Positions 29,047 through 42,008 are shown, counted from the first letter of the stretch. The stretch is DNA of 64,000 nt from Eledone cirrhosa (GCA_964016885.1 OZ024755.1:13826001-13890000); one strand, 5' to 3'. The notes: a model not told the origin generated them from the letters alone. Numbers and translations are program-made.

Positions 29047-32000
29047 CTGTTGGGATTAAACTCCCTATCGGTCCTAAACTCAAGAGCTTCTCAGGTTATG
29101 AATCACCTGTGTTTTGTATATCAATAAATCCATAGTTCAATTCGTTCTTTTTGAAAAAGAACTACGTGCAATTTGCTAGGGATTTAGCTGTTATTTCTCA
29201 GTGGTTATTTTAACGTGCAGTTAACGCCTGCTTCTGTAGTTCTAAATCTAATTTTGTGCATTAAGTTTAGATTTTCTGTCAAAAACTACTAGATTTTACA
29301 TAGAAAATTATGGTTTAGATACATAAAAAAACATAACATGTTTAACACAGCCATTACAAATGCTTCTCAGACAGAACATATCAAAAACTGTGTTATGTCA
29401 CCAGCCTCAAAGATTTGTGCAGTTCTAAGATTTCCTTAAAAGAAACCTTGCTATTTGTAGCAGGTCAAGTGCACATACAGAAGATCCTCGTTAGCACGTC
29501 ACCATCTGCTAGTTAAGAGAGATTCAACATAGCGCACAATTACCTAATCACAATATTTGCAGCAGAACACTTCATCTAGAATAATCTATTAGTAATGTTT
29601 TAAAATCCTATTAAAACGACTAATTAATTCGCTTTTTTTGAAAGAATTCTAATTAAGCTTTATCAATTCTTTGTATAGAATTTCTGTGAAACATTCCTAG
29701 AATCCATACTGCATAATAATCATTATTACGTTGGATTGGAATCGTTAGAGCGTCAAAATAGCATTCCTTGCTAAAATGTGTGAACTTCTGCCTACGTTTG
29801 AAATTAAAGGTTAGTAGATTGGCAGTATTGTTAGAACCTTGGACAAAATGCTTTGCTGTATTTATAGCGGCTCTTTATATTTTGAGTTCAAATCCTACTA
29901 AATTTAACTTTGTTTTTATTCAACGAAATAAAATACCTGTCAAACAATGATGCTCGTTATAATCAAATGTTCTCTTGCCAACCAAAATGAATAAATTGGA
30001 GGTGTGGTACTTTTGTTTATGTTATAAATAATTATTATTCACAAAAGCTGATCCTTTCAAAATCGCAAGACATTCCATTTTATTAGCTCAGTGACTCCCA
30101 TCGTGGTATGCACGCTTTACAGAGGTCCACGCAATTTAAATATTTAAGGGAGTAAATTTGAAAATGATGTTAGTGAGAACAAACAGTAATGGTATCTGCG
30201 ATATGGGATGTTAAGGGAGCCTACTGACACCGAGATAATAAAACAAAGCCCCACAGTACACGAAAGAGCCACCTACACTTAAAAGAAAGACAGCTGCAGA
30301 TGACGACGATGGTAACAAAGATGATGATAATGATGATGATTTTTCAGCTGTTTGTCCTATAAACTCAATCATCCCAATCAACCAACCCTACCCAGCCCCT
30401 ACACCTCGCCAAATCCTGATGAGAAGAATACACAGCCATAATTACATGCATACATAATCACATAAATGATGTGCACAAAGAACACGTCACGTGTTGATAC
30501 AAAAACTTCACAGTGGCTACTGAGGCATAACGGTAGAAAGACACATTCTCTTTCACACAAACACATAACTGTTTTATGATATGATGCTTCCATAGTCTCT
30601 TTGTTTAGATCGTTGCTTCTGCTGGAATCCTTTAGGAATTTCCCCCCTTAACAAATGTTATCAGAATCACATTAACACTCCAGACAGAACACACCAGAAT
30701 GTTTCTAAGCATAAATGTGCAATCATGGTGTATTTGCTTCAAAGTAACACTGAAAATAGATTTATACAGTGTTTTCTATTTACCACCCACCACTTCTACA
30801 CATACACACACACACTAATATATATATATATATATATATATACATACAGCCATATGCATATGAATATATAGATATATATATATTGTATATTTTGTTTTTT
30901 TTTCTCCTTTCCCCCTTTTACATTTTACATATTTCCTAGTCTGGCAAATTTCCATGACAACCATCAAACCGACATAGAATTGTTCAATGGACCGCTTTAA
31001 TGATCAGTTTCTTCAAGCAAATAATCATTCACTGATGGTAGAATATTTCCTTTTTTTTACATTGTCTTTTCTTTCTTTTATTCAATTTCCATTCTATATG
31101 TTCGGTCGTATTTAAATGCATCGGGGTTAAATTCTTATTCTTTGTTCGTTGCAGTTCTTGTTGTTTGAAAGTTTGCAAATATATATTTTCTTTTCAGACG
31201 ATTGAAAACCAATTTTGATCAGCGAACCCGTGTCTTCATTATTTCTTAATGCTCCATCGAACTTTAATAATTTTATAATCCTGCTTTCATCGTTCTAGAA
31301 AATACTTATAATGGCTTTATAATATACTTTTGCTGAATTTTGTTTTTCGTTCATAACTATGTAGAATATATTTATATATTTGCTGTCTGTCTGACCGCTT
31401 GCAATCTGGAAAAGATGTGTGATTAGGTGTGATGTATTGGAGAAATATATCACATATTGGAATTGTTCACCTATGGATAGCTCTGACCTACACATGTATG
31501 TATGTATGTATGTATGTATGTATGTATGTATGTATGTATGTATGTATGTATGTATGTATGTATGTATGTATGTATGTATGTACGTACGTATGCACGTATG
31601 AATGCATATATATGTATATATATATATGTGAGTGTAAAAGTAATAACAAACATAACAAAACAAACGGCACTGTACATGAAAGAAATATATTATATATTTG
31701 TATGTATGTGTCGAACTGTCTATTGAAGTATGTGTGCATGCATATATGTGTTATGTTTGTATTTTCTCATATTCATCAACAGAGAAAAATCCGGTTTCTA
31801 ACACAGAAACAAGGTTCTTTCATTCGAATTTTGACAGCATGTACTAGGTTGTCACTTCTGTATGTATGAACATATGTATGTTTTCTGGAAGTGTCAACAC
31901 TTCCGAAACATTTCAGACTTTGTATATAACTAATTCCCGAGGAAAAGACAAAGGCTGATACAGCTTCGCATCAGAGACGTCACATCTCAATTCTACAGCT

Positions 32001-32582
32001 GAGTGAACTAGAACAACGTGAGATAATGTGTCTTGCTCAAAGACAAAACAAATCCGGGAATCGAGCTCACAAACGCATGATTATGAATCCAACTCTCTGG
32101 CCACTAAGTCACACGCCTTATTAATTATGAATAAACGTAACCCACAGTGTCGAAATAAGTGAAACAAACCATGATTACGTAAGACATGTTTATGTCTCGG
32201 AGATAAAATCACACGATATATCTCGGAGATAAAATCACACGATATTCTGTCTGGTCTTCTGATTGCATATATTTAATTTCGTGGCATAAAACTGTGTTTC
32301 AGAAAACGACTTCATTATTATAAATAATTCTTTCTACATCAGTATTGCCTACTATTTTAGAATTATGCGAATTCGTTTAAATACAGGCACGCACACACAC
32401 ACATGTTTAAAGACAGACACACATGTATAAACACAGACACACACACATACATGCATATATATTTTGACTTTATTTATATATATACATGTGCGTCTCTTTG
32501 TAGTTATAAGTACATATACACATACATATGATTGTATCTCTCAGTATACGTTTTATACGTGCGTATTTGTAGTTCATGAATA

Positions 32583-32633
<51 letters not shown>

Positions 32634-33077
32634 GTGATCAAAACAGACACACACATGCTTGAATGCGTCTGTGATCTTTTTGTGTGTGTTAAAAAATTCT
32701 TCAAACATATTTTCATTGTAGATTAAATTTGTAAAATGATAGTTTTGAGTCAAGCGGTGAATAGCTATTGTTTTGTTGTTTCAATTAGCGATTCTATTAG
32801 CCTGTGATTAACCTAATAAAATTTTCTTCATCACGCATGATTCTAGTTGTTATTATCGAATAATTGAAAGTGGGTGAAAGTCGAGAAGCGTGAATCTGGT
32901 TAATCTTTGATAAGTGAAGAATATCAAAGCAGTTGTAAAACCATAGTGGTTCCCGCTTGGATTCTGCTGCTGGTAGTCTTGGGCAACAAGTACTGTACTT
33001 TTGTGTGTACCAATGCATTGCATGTACGAGGGGCTCCTGAAAGTGCTGTAGTTTCGTATTTACCAATGCATAGCATG

Positions 33078-33279
33078 TACGAGAGTCCGCTGATAATTTC
33101 ATAGGCTGACCAAGATAATCTCATGGAATAACCAAATGAGATTTATTTTTCAACATCGTCCCTAGAAAGAACCAATGTAGTTATTAATAAAAAGAGTTCA
33201 TATTAATGCATGCAAGATTTCACAGCTTTAGCATCATTCTTATAGTCAGCCTATGAACTTTACAATCGACCTTTGGATA
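33078..33279. mobile_element. Mariner-type MITE
   Basis: TA|CGAGAGTCCGCTGATAATTTCATAGGCTGAC ... GTCAGCCTATGAACTT terminal inverted repeat; a related end at 17406-17485. Confidence 0.55.
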
Positions 33280-33490
33280 GTTTCCTAGATAGAAACTGTA
33301 CGGAAACCCGCTATGTGTATATCTCTCTCCTGTTTACCATTTTCTCCCTTTTCTTTTTCACTTTGGTCTATCTTCATTTTTCTACTTTCTCCCTCATTCA
33401 ATCTTCCGCTAAATGACTAGCGGGAGAACCATCCAAACTCCTTCCTCGTTTCATTCTTTCGCTTCTATTTATCTTCTATTTCTAACTCTA

Positions 33491-33526
33491 TTTTCTGATG
33501 AAGGACCACTGTCCGAAACGCTAAGA
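33491..33526 (+). ncRNA. Decayed minimal hammerhead motif (same type as 41613-41648)
   Basis: TTTT-CTGATGA-a-GGAC cact GTCC-GAAA-CG-CT-AAGA. The cleavage-site U16.1 is replaced by C, so it is probably inactive. Confidence 0.55.
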
Positions 33527-33650
33527 CTCACTTTCTGCTACGTCATTCGTTAAACATATATTTATCTTCCATTTACTGTGCCGTTTGTTATTTTTGTTAT
33601 TTCTGTTTATCTTTTACACACACACACATACACACGAACACACACACACA

Positions 33651-33731
<81 letters not shown>

Positions 33732-33929
33732 TAATATATATTATGCACCAGTGAAACATTATTTGATTTAGAACGATATAGGAAGTGTAAAGTGAAATAA
33801 TAATATTTTATATCATTAAAGTTGACAGTTATTTATAGGCTTTGCTTATTTAAAATCTCGACGCTCTTTGAATCAAGCCTTTCAATAAGTGAATCATACA
33901 AGTGTCATCGTTAATGATATAATATGATA

Positions 33930-34110
33930 TAATTGTTTCTAGTTTTGGCACAAGGCCAGCAATTATCCCAGTGTATTACTGGTCTTTTATTTTATCGACC
34001 CGTAAGGATGAAAGGCAAAGTTAACCTCGGCGGGATTTGAACTCAGACCATAAAGGGCTGTAACTCTTTGCTGCAAAGCATGGCGTTCGACCCTCTACCG
34101 ATACTGCTAT
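33930..34110 (-). mobile_element. Dominant SINE copy
   Basis: Reverse complement of the consensus. Confidence 0.8.
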
Positions 34111-34215
34111 CCTGCAAATTAAGTATAGATATATGCATGTATGTATACGTTTTAGTGTGTGTATATATAAAAACACCCTCCCCCACATACACACAGACAC
34201 ACACAGTCACACACT

Positions 34216-34246
<31 letters not shown>

Positions 34247-34266
34247 GTGTATATATATATAAAGTA

Positions 34267-34444
34267 TAATATAGAAATGGCTTCCACAGGACTAGAACTG
34301 TTTAATTCAAATGATGATTTATTTTGAATGAAACAGTTCTAGTCCTGTAGAATTCATTTCTATATTAAACTTGATCTTTACACTCTACTAAAACATCGAT
34401 TACCTTATTATCTGTGTTTTCCCCCGACTGAAACGACCCGGGTC
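34267..34444 (+). mobile_element. Fold-back relic, family B
   Basis: Same hairpin (34267-34367), with the tail in the opposite orientation; flanked by microsatellites. Confidence 0.6.
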
Positions 34445-34445
34445 T

Positions 34446-34506
<61 letters not shown>

Positions 34507-35202
34507 TTTACACTCTCACATCTATGCATACATACACATACATGCATACATACATACACACACACATACACACAAGCACATACATACATACACACAAACA
34601 CACATACATACTTACATAATACATACATACACACATACACACAAACACACATACATACACATACATACATACATACTCACATACATACCTACATACAAAC
34701 ACATACACACAAACACACATACATACTTACATGCATACACACATACATACCTACATACAGACAGATACATTTATACACACATACACAATACATACATACG
34801 TCTGCACTTAATTGTCACTGAAGCGTTTCTTATCTTAAATCCTTATCTTCCTCCACCTCCTCCACCCCTTTCAACTCCATCAATTCTTTACTATTTGTTC
34901 TTTCCTTTACAAACAACCGCACCCATAATGTTCAAATGTTGCTATTATTTTTCTCTTAACGTTTGATCACACCACAAATATAAACGTTAACTACATAGAT
35001 GAAAGCCACTGAAATTCAATTAAATATATGGTACAGTTTTTGAATAGTGTATAGTGGTCGATTTTGTGAGAACAAGGCAATCATGCCAGCCTTTGAATCC
35101 TGTTGCCGTGTGTTTTTTCTAGATGCTATGATATAAGGGAAATAGTGCGTAGCGAAAGTTACGCTTTCGCCTTTTGCAATGTGCTACAGTAATACTTGAT
35201 GT

Positions 35203-35276
<74 letters not shown>

Positions 35277-35363
35277 CAGGTATACATACACCACACACAC
35301 ACACACTTAACCACTCACAAATTCCACGCACACACCATGTTTATTTTAATATACCTTATACGA

Positions 35364-35408
<45 letters not shown>

Positions 35409-35553
35409 CTGGCGTTGCATATTGAATCATATACAAAATGTTCTAAAATTCATAGCAAGGTTATAAAAATATTTATTTACATAAACATTTCGTATATGAT
35501 TCAATATACAACACATGTCACGTCTTAATCATGTTATGTTAGAGCATCACTAC

Positions 35554-35597
<44 letters not shown>

Positions 35598-35599
<2 letters not shown>

Positions 35600-35757
35600 T
35601 TATTCCGGGTTAAATCGGAGGTAACCACAGTAAGTAAGGTACTCAATACATAGCAGAGTATAAACATTTTAATATAGAAGAGCTTCTACAGGACTAGAAC
35701 AGTTTCATTCCTGATGATTTCTCACGAATGAAACAGTTCTAGTCCTGTAGAAGCTCT

Positions 35758-35767
<10 letters not shown>
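35598..35767 (-). mobile_element. (TA)n-embedded fold-back relic, family B
   Basis: Between TA tracts; hairpin at 35670-35767; homologous to 16640-16836 and 34267-34444. Confidence 0.7.
35708..35752 (+). ncRNA. Type I hammerhead ribozyme motif
   Basis: TTC-CTGATGA-t ttc tcac gaa t-GAAACAG ttctagtc CTGTA-GAA. 4-bp stem III, GUA triplet; stem I is truncated by the fold-back. Homologs at 16772-16814 and about 34311-34352. Confidence 0.65.
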
Positions 35768-35816
<49 letters not shown>

Positions 35817-35916
35817 AAAGGTAAACAGAAATAACAACACAATCGGTACAGTATATGGAAGGTATATATTAGCTTAACACTTGAAATAGCAGTGGTAACA
35901 CAACAGTTAGTTCACC

Positions 35917-35961
35917 ATACTGAGAACAATTGTTTCACCTTAGCGGATCCTCAGCTCGTAC
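35917..35961 (-). ncRNA. Type I hammerhead ribozyme motif
   Basis: Minus strand: GTACGAG-CTGAGGA-t cc gctaa gg t-GAAA-CAATTG-TT-CTC a GTAT. Palindromic stem III ACAAUUGU, bulged stem I, GUU triplet. Confidence 0.6.
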
Positions 35962-36899
35962 TGGTCATAGTTATACGGAACAGGAAGAACTTGTTCTTCC
36001 TGTTCCGTATAACCATGACCGGCGTTAGAATGAGTACTCAATACTGAAGTAGAATTTAGATATTGATATAGATATCAAAAAATGATATCATGGTAGATAT
36101 CAAACAATAAACACATGACTATCATACACGTTGGCTCTCGGACTTGCATACCAAAACCCAATGTCCACCGAGAAAATAAAATTAAACTAGATTTAAACGA
36201 AATTTGCAAACCCAGTAAAGAAAACATATTATGTATATAATCTCTCTATTTTATTTTCTCTCTCTCTATCTATCTATCTATCTTTCGTGTATGCCTAAGA
36301 CTAAATTGTCCCGTAACTGAAAGAGATACGGTTGCTATTTCTAGCAGGTCAGACAAGCGACTATATAGGGGTGTTGGTAGATGGATGTGTTGAAAGAGTG
36401 GAAGAGAGATAGTTGACAACAGAAAGTCCATTACGCACTAATGGATTTTCCTTTTGACCAAAGAACTAAAACCACTGTTCACATTTAGGGAGAGCAATTG
36501 AGATGGAATATAATTAGTTGTAAGGTATAATTAGTGATAATATATAATTGATAACACACGTGAATGATCAGGTGTGTGTGTTTTGAGGAGATTTTTCTGT
36601 ATTTATAGTTATAATAAAAGACCAAACTGTTCGGTAGCAATACTGTTTACAGTCAGCTCTACCTCAAGCCTCAGTTAGTCAATTAGTAATATTTATATTT
36701 CATAGATATTACATGGTTCTTCAGAATTCTATTTCACACGCTTATATGTATGTGTGCGTATAGAGACACATACAGCCAAACACTGGATTATGTGGTATAT
36801 ATACACACACACTGGTTACATATACCTGTCTAGACACACACATGTAACAGAAATATAAATAAAAAATAAAATTTACTTGAATATACACAGTCAGCACAC

Positions 36900-37092
<193 letters not shown>

Positions 37093-37195
37093 GTATATAT
37101 ACATGTTTATTATATAGAGCTCTCTACTCAAGCACACTATGCATACACTGAATAAAAGACTGGATACCGATTATAGAGTCAAAAGGATGTCTATT

Positions 37196-37334
37196 AATAA
37201 TTGTTTCTATGTTAGGCACAAGGCCAGCAATTACTCAGTGTATTACTGGTACTTTATTTTATCGACCCCGTAAGGATGAAATGCAAAGTTAACCTCGGCG
37301 GGTTTTGAACTCAGAATCCCGCCGAGGTTAACTT
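37196..37334 (-). mobile_element. 5'-truncated SINE with terminal inversion
   Basis: The consensus match ends in the hairpin aagttaacctcggcggg...cccgccgaggttaactt. Confidence 0.75.
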
Positions 37335-38399
37335 AATAATAGTGACTGTTTACTTCAAACGTTTCACCGATACTGTTTTTTTTCAAACTATATTTGTGTT
37401 TGTGGTGGTGGGGGGTGTATGACGCGTGGCTTAGTGGTTTCTTGGGGTAAGACATTTTATTTCATGTTCCCCACTCTACTCAGTTGGCAAAAATGTGTTG
37501 CACCTGTAATTCAAAAGGTTAACCTAAACTCAGAATGTCACTGTTAGTACTACATTAAGAGACCCCATGCTGAGCCTTGTCACTCACGAATTTCCGCTGT
37601 GTACTCACAGGATCATAAGACTCACCACTTAGCCATAATAAAGAATGTCTTAATTGGGAAGGCATTTAGAAGCCTTAAAAAAACTATAAAAAATTATTTC
37701 AATTTATTCAAATACGATACGGGTTTCACAAAATTCTATTTGTTTTTCAATGGAATTACAAAGTAAATAAAATAGGAACATTTCCAGCAGCTTAGAAGTT
37801 CGAAATATATAGTTTGTGTGGAACTGTAACTAAATATCATTAGTAAAATTCACTTGAGTGAATGTTCAACAACTGTTTGTTTATGTTGGGGTACCATGTC
37901 ATAGGCGAATGCATGATATGCAAACAGATACAGTTACAGTTTCTTATGCTATAGTAGCATGTTATATTTATATGCATGCTATATAGTACGGTAACAGGTG
38001 TCAATCACTGCTATGAAGTGCACTTAAGCGGATGAAATACTGAAGTACTCAATATCAAGTAGGGTAATATTCATATAGAAGATATACAATGTTATTTTCC
38101 TTTCAAGATACTTCAAAAAATATCTTAGGGGCCTTTCATGTTTTCAATTGTTACTGTATGGCATTTTAATCTTTAACAGTCCTTTTTTCTATTTGTGAAC
38201 CTACTAACATTATGTGTCTTGTTCATCAAGGGTACTTCTCCTTTATTCTTTTAAACCTATTCCACATCATATGTATACATGCTACACCAATAAAATGGCT
38301 GAATATAGAATTTTGTTAACTTTCTGCATAACACTTCAAGACACTGGTTACTACACAGATCTTACAGCTACATTCAGCTTTACAATTCTTATTGAATAT

Positions 38400-38740
38400 C
38401 ATTCTGTGTCTTGATCTTCAACAGTGCTTCTTTCTTTTCTTTATTGTTATTTTTCAAAAACATCTTTTTATATTGGACAGGCGAGTATGATATGTGGTTG
38501 GTTGGGAGTGTTGAGAGAAGAATGTGACTTCCCATTTCCCATCATTTGTATAAAACAATCAATCATCTTGTTCTTGTATACATTTACATAGATTTGCATT
38601 TGTTTCCCAATGAAAAGCAATTGACAGAACTTTTAGTACAGAGCTTAGATAGATCTTCCTATATAATGTATATTCTCGGTTAATATCATGTGCTGATCGA
38701 AGTAGTTTAGAATCAGCTGAAAAAATATACATGATTGTCC
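38400..38740 (-). pseudogene. Highly degenerate GIY-YIG endonuclease-like remnant (Penelope-like)
   Basis: Minus-strand pieces in the expected order: NHVYFF, HYIGRS (38651-38668), YKNK, KWEV, RLSN, LLKIK. Many stops and frameshifts; recognised by eye only. Confidence 0.35.
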
Positions 38741-41132
38741 ATATCTTTCATCACTGGAAATATTGATTTCGTCTACAACTATACAAAGCCATATTATTCT
38801 ACGTTCAGTATGACTGGTACTTACTTTATCGATCCTATGTTATTGAATAGCCCTGTTGGCTTTAATTGAATTCAAAATTATAATATCGAAGCATCAAATA
38901 TTTTCTCCGCCACTCTACTATGGTGTTTGCTATGTTACCATTTGTTCGGTTCCCTACCATTTTGTCTACTGTTTCGCCATATTGTCTAACTCCAAACTCT
39001 TTTTTCGACTATGCTTTTCATCTTTTCGAGGTTGATATAATAAAGTACCAGTCAAGTATTGGGGATCGATATCACCAATTTTTCCTACTCTGAATTTGCT
39101 GGCCTTGTGCCAAAATGAGATATCATTATTATACATTATTATTATTAAATTTATGATAAATTACTGTTATTAATCTTCAGACTTAAACCAATTTTTTCAT
39201 ATGTATTTTTAGATATATCTTAAGCCAGCTGCATCAAATTTGAAAGTGGGTAAAATATCTGCCTTAGACGTACACAACTCACATTTAGAGAAAGTTGGAA
39301 ATCTGTGCGAAAATATATGAAAATACTCGTTACACGTACAAAACCATTAGTATATGTAACAGTAGAAAGGACATCTTTATGCTACGCGTTTGCAGTTAAA
39401 ATTACAGAACCAACTAAGTGTTTAAGTGTCTTTGCCATGGACACAGAATAACTGTGGTGACGTCAAACGGATCTCTGATACTTCGATGATAATTAAACCA
39501 GTAGTTCGGCAGACTATCGATTTGGCCAACTTCACATGGATGTAGCATATAGTGTATAGAGATTTTTAGCTTAGCTATTCATATAATATATGCAGGCCAC
39601 TGCAAACTGGCAATACGCCCAGGCAATATGGGAAATGCATGCCCCAAAACGCTGGTGATATGTCTCAGATCATATGTGGAAACCTGGTAATAAGTGCAGA
39701 CAAGGTGTAAAATATAGATCCTATTTGAACATGCTTGTTTAATATTTTAATAAACAGTGCTAAATATATTTCATTTATGTATGGGTTACATATTTGCACG
39801 AATAGTGTAAATGGTGTATTTGCGTAACAAAATAGAATGAAATAAGTGTTCTTCCTACACACATTTTTAAAGTATGTTACTTGCTACTTTTAACAACTTA
39901 ATTTTAAAAGTAAGAATCTTATTCAATATCATTGAATTATCAACTCAGTAAATTAGAGATGACATACAGGTAATCATATTCCCTCCTACTCATTCACCAA
40001 CCGTTCAATCCCCACAACGCTTACTATATATTTATAATATCATACGTATGTCGCTCCCGAATCACATCAGTTTGGACAATAACTGACAATCTCGCTAGTG
40101 TTGGTGCCATGAAATGCACTTAGTACACCGTGTAAGATAGTTGGTGGTAGGAAGAGCATCCCGTTGTAGACGATGTGTCAACGGCGTGGCAACCACTCTA
40201 CTATTGGTGATCTACACAATAAACACACCCAGTACACATTATATATTGATTTTTGATAGTGTGGGCATCCATCTGTAGAAAGCTTACCAAACGAAGGATT
40301 AGGAGGCTCATTCAATTGTGTCTAAGACATGACAACCTCTTTAGTGTTAGTGTCATGATAAAGTGCACACGTTAGAATGGGGTCCGTAAGTAAGCGAGAT
40401 GCAGACTTCCAGCCTGTTTGGGAGGTTTGTAACTCTGCTTGAATGCTGACTCTGTATGTGAAAGCTCATCCAACCCTTATCCAACCCTTGCTAGCACGGA
40501 AAAGCGACGCCAAATGATGATGATGGTAATAATGATTTATTTATATAGGATATAATTTACTTGCAACAATTTCGTCTGGGCAACCTTCTACAACTATAGG
40601 CGATTCTTGGAAATTTGTGTGCTACTTTTTATGAAATTATTATGCCAACCGTGCTCTGTGTTAAATCTCGCTAGATAAACACACCTAGCTGGTGTTGGTT
40701 ATCCTGGTTTAGTAAAGGTTAGAGGAGGAACTGGAGGAACACTCTATCACTTGTTTGTTCCGTTAATATATAATGGTGAAATGGTGTACTAATCTACGTT
40801 TAAAGTAAACGAGATAAATCGATCCATGTATAAACGTAATGAACTACTTTTACTATCTGGAAGTGAATCAGTTAAAAGAGAGATTGGCAATGCCGATAGA
40901 TTTCAAGCCTAATCTAAAAAAAAACCCTAGTTCAGTTCCTGTGTATTGATTTACTCCCTCAAACACAACGACTTCTCTGGGATTAATTTCAAATTAAAAC
41001 ACATTGGAATTCACTAACCAGTAAACATGAGTTGTGATACATATATATATATATATATATATATACAAGGATAACTTGAACCGTTAAGGTATATTCTCCT
41101 TGGTTATGTCAAAATTTATAAAACACACTTCG

Positions 41133-41194
41133 TATTTTATCTGATGATAGCGTACCAAAATGTTTGGTACCCTTGAAATATATATAATAGAATA
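41133..41194 (+). ncRNA. Type I hammerhead ribozyme motif (homolog of 47101-47165)
   Basis: TATTTTAT-CTGATGA-tagcgtaccaaa atg tttggtaccctt-GAAA-TATATA-TA-ATAGAATA. Stem II differs in sequence from the 47101 copy but stays paired (gtacca/tggtac vs gcacca/tggtgt). Confidence 0.8.
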
Positions 41195-41234
41195 AATATG
41201 GTTTTATAAATATAGTTTCCATTTATTTAATATC

Positions 41235-41294
<60 letters not shown>

Positions 41295-41299
<5 letters not shown>

Positions 41300-41505
41300 A
41301 TAATAATAAATTTGAAGACTAAAATCCAAAGAGGGCTCGATAAGGATAAATATATATCAAATATATAAGAACCGTAGAGCAAATATTTATTAAAATAACA
41401 GATTAAAGTTTAAGCTAAGAAGTTAGTTTCAGAAGATCCCGTTAAGGGTGAAAGCAGCGATTCTTTGCTTAAACTTTAATCTGTTATTTTAATAAATAAA
41501 TAAAT
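41295..41505. mobile_element. (TA)n-embedded fold-back relic, family C
   Basis: Near-identical to 26447-26545 at its start; internal inverted repeat (ttattaaaataacagattaaagtttaagc / gcttaaactttaatctgttattttaataa). Confidence 0.7.
41425..41475 (+). ncRNA. Hammerhead-like motif with U4A core (CAGAAGA)
   Basis: AGTTT-CAGAAGA-t CCC gttaa GGG t-GAAAGCA gcgattctt TGCT-T-AAACT. CAGAAGA recurs at 26559 and 53024. Confidence 0.55.
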
Positions 41506-41524
41506 ATATATATATGTGTGTGTA

Positions 41525-41810
41525 TGTAAAAGGTAAACAGAAATAACAACACGATCGGTACAGTATATGAAAGGAATATATTAGGTTAACGCTTGAAATA
41601 GCATGAAGAGGGTCTTGACGTTTCGGACGCTAGTCCTTCGTCAGAAGAAAGAATGAGAAATAAGATAGATTGAAGGGACGGGTGGCTTGGAATTGGAAAA
41701 AATGTCTTTAGATAAAAATAACAGGTCCTTTAATGTTGATATCTCTCTCACATTATATACTTCGCAAGATTTTTTTATCTGAAAACGGGTGTCGAACCAG
41801 ATATTGTTAT
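41525..41810 (-). mobile_element. Microsatellite-adjacent relic, family E
   Basis: tgtaaaaggtaaacagaaataacaacac...ttgaaatagc is shared with 35813-35890; carries the hammerhead at 41613-41648. Confidence 0.6.
41613..41648 (-). ncRNA. Minimal type I hammerhead ribozyme motif
   Basis: Minus strand: TCTT-CTGACGA-a-GGAC tagc GTCC-GAAA-CG-TC-AAGA. Stem III is reduced to the palindrome ACGU, typical of dimer-dependent Penelope hammerheads; GUC triplet. Confidence 0.75.
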
Positions 41811-42008
41811 ACTTTTGGAGGGTCATGCTGCCAATAAAAACACACGCACCTGTTGGTTTTCACTTTAATTTCTTATGAACTTCCAGTCGCTTAGTTTAAT
41901 AGCCAGATGTTGTAGGACACAACAAAGAAGAGGCACAAAATAACAATTTAGTCACTGTGTTTTTATTGGTAGCATGACCCTTCCAAAAAATATACATACA
42001 TATACACA

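Noticed and set aside
32195-32246. 26-27 bp tandem duplication (also 10836-10900)
   Set aside because: Ordinary local slippage duplication.
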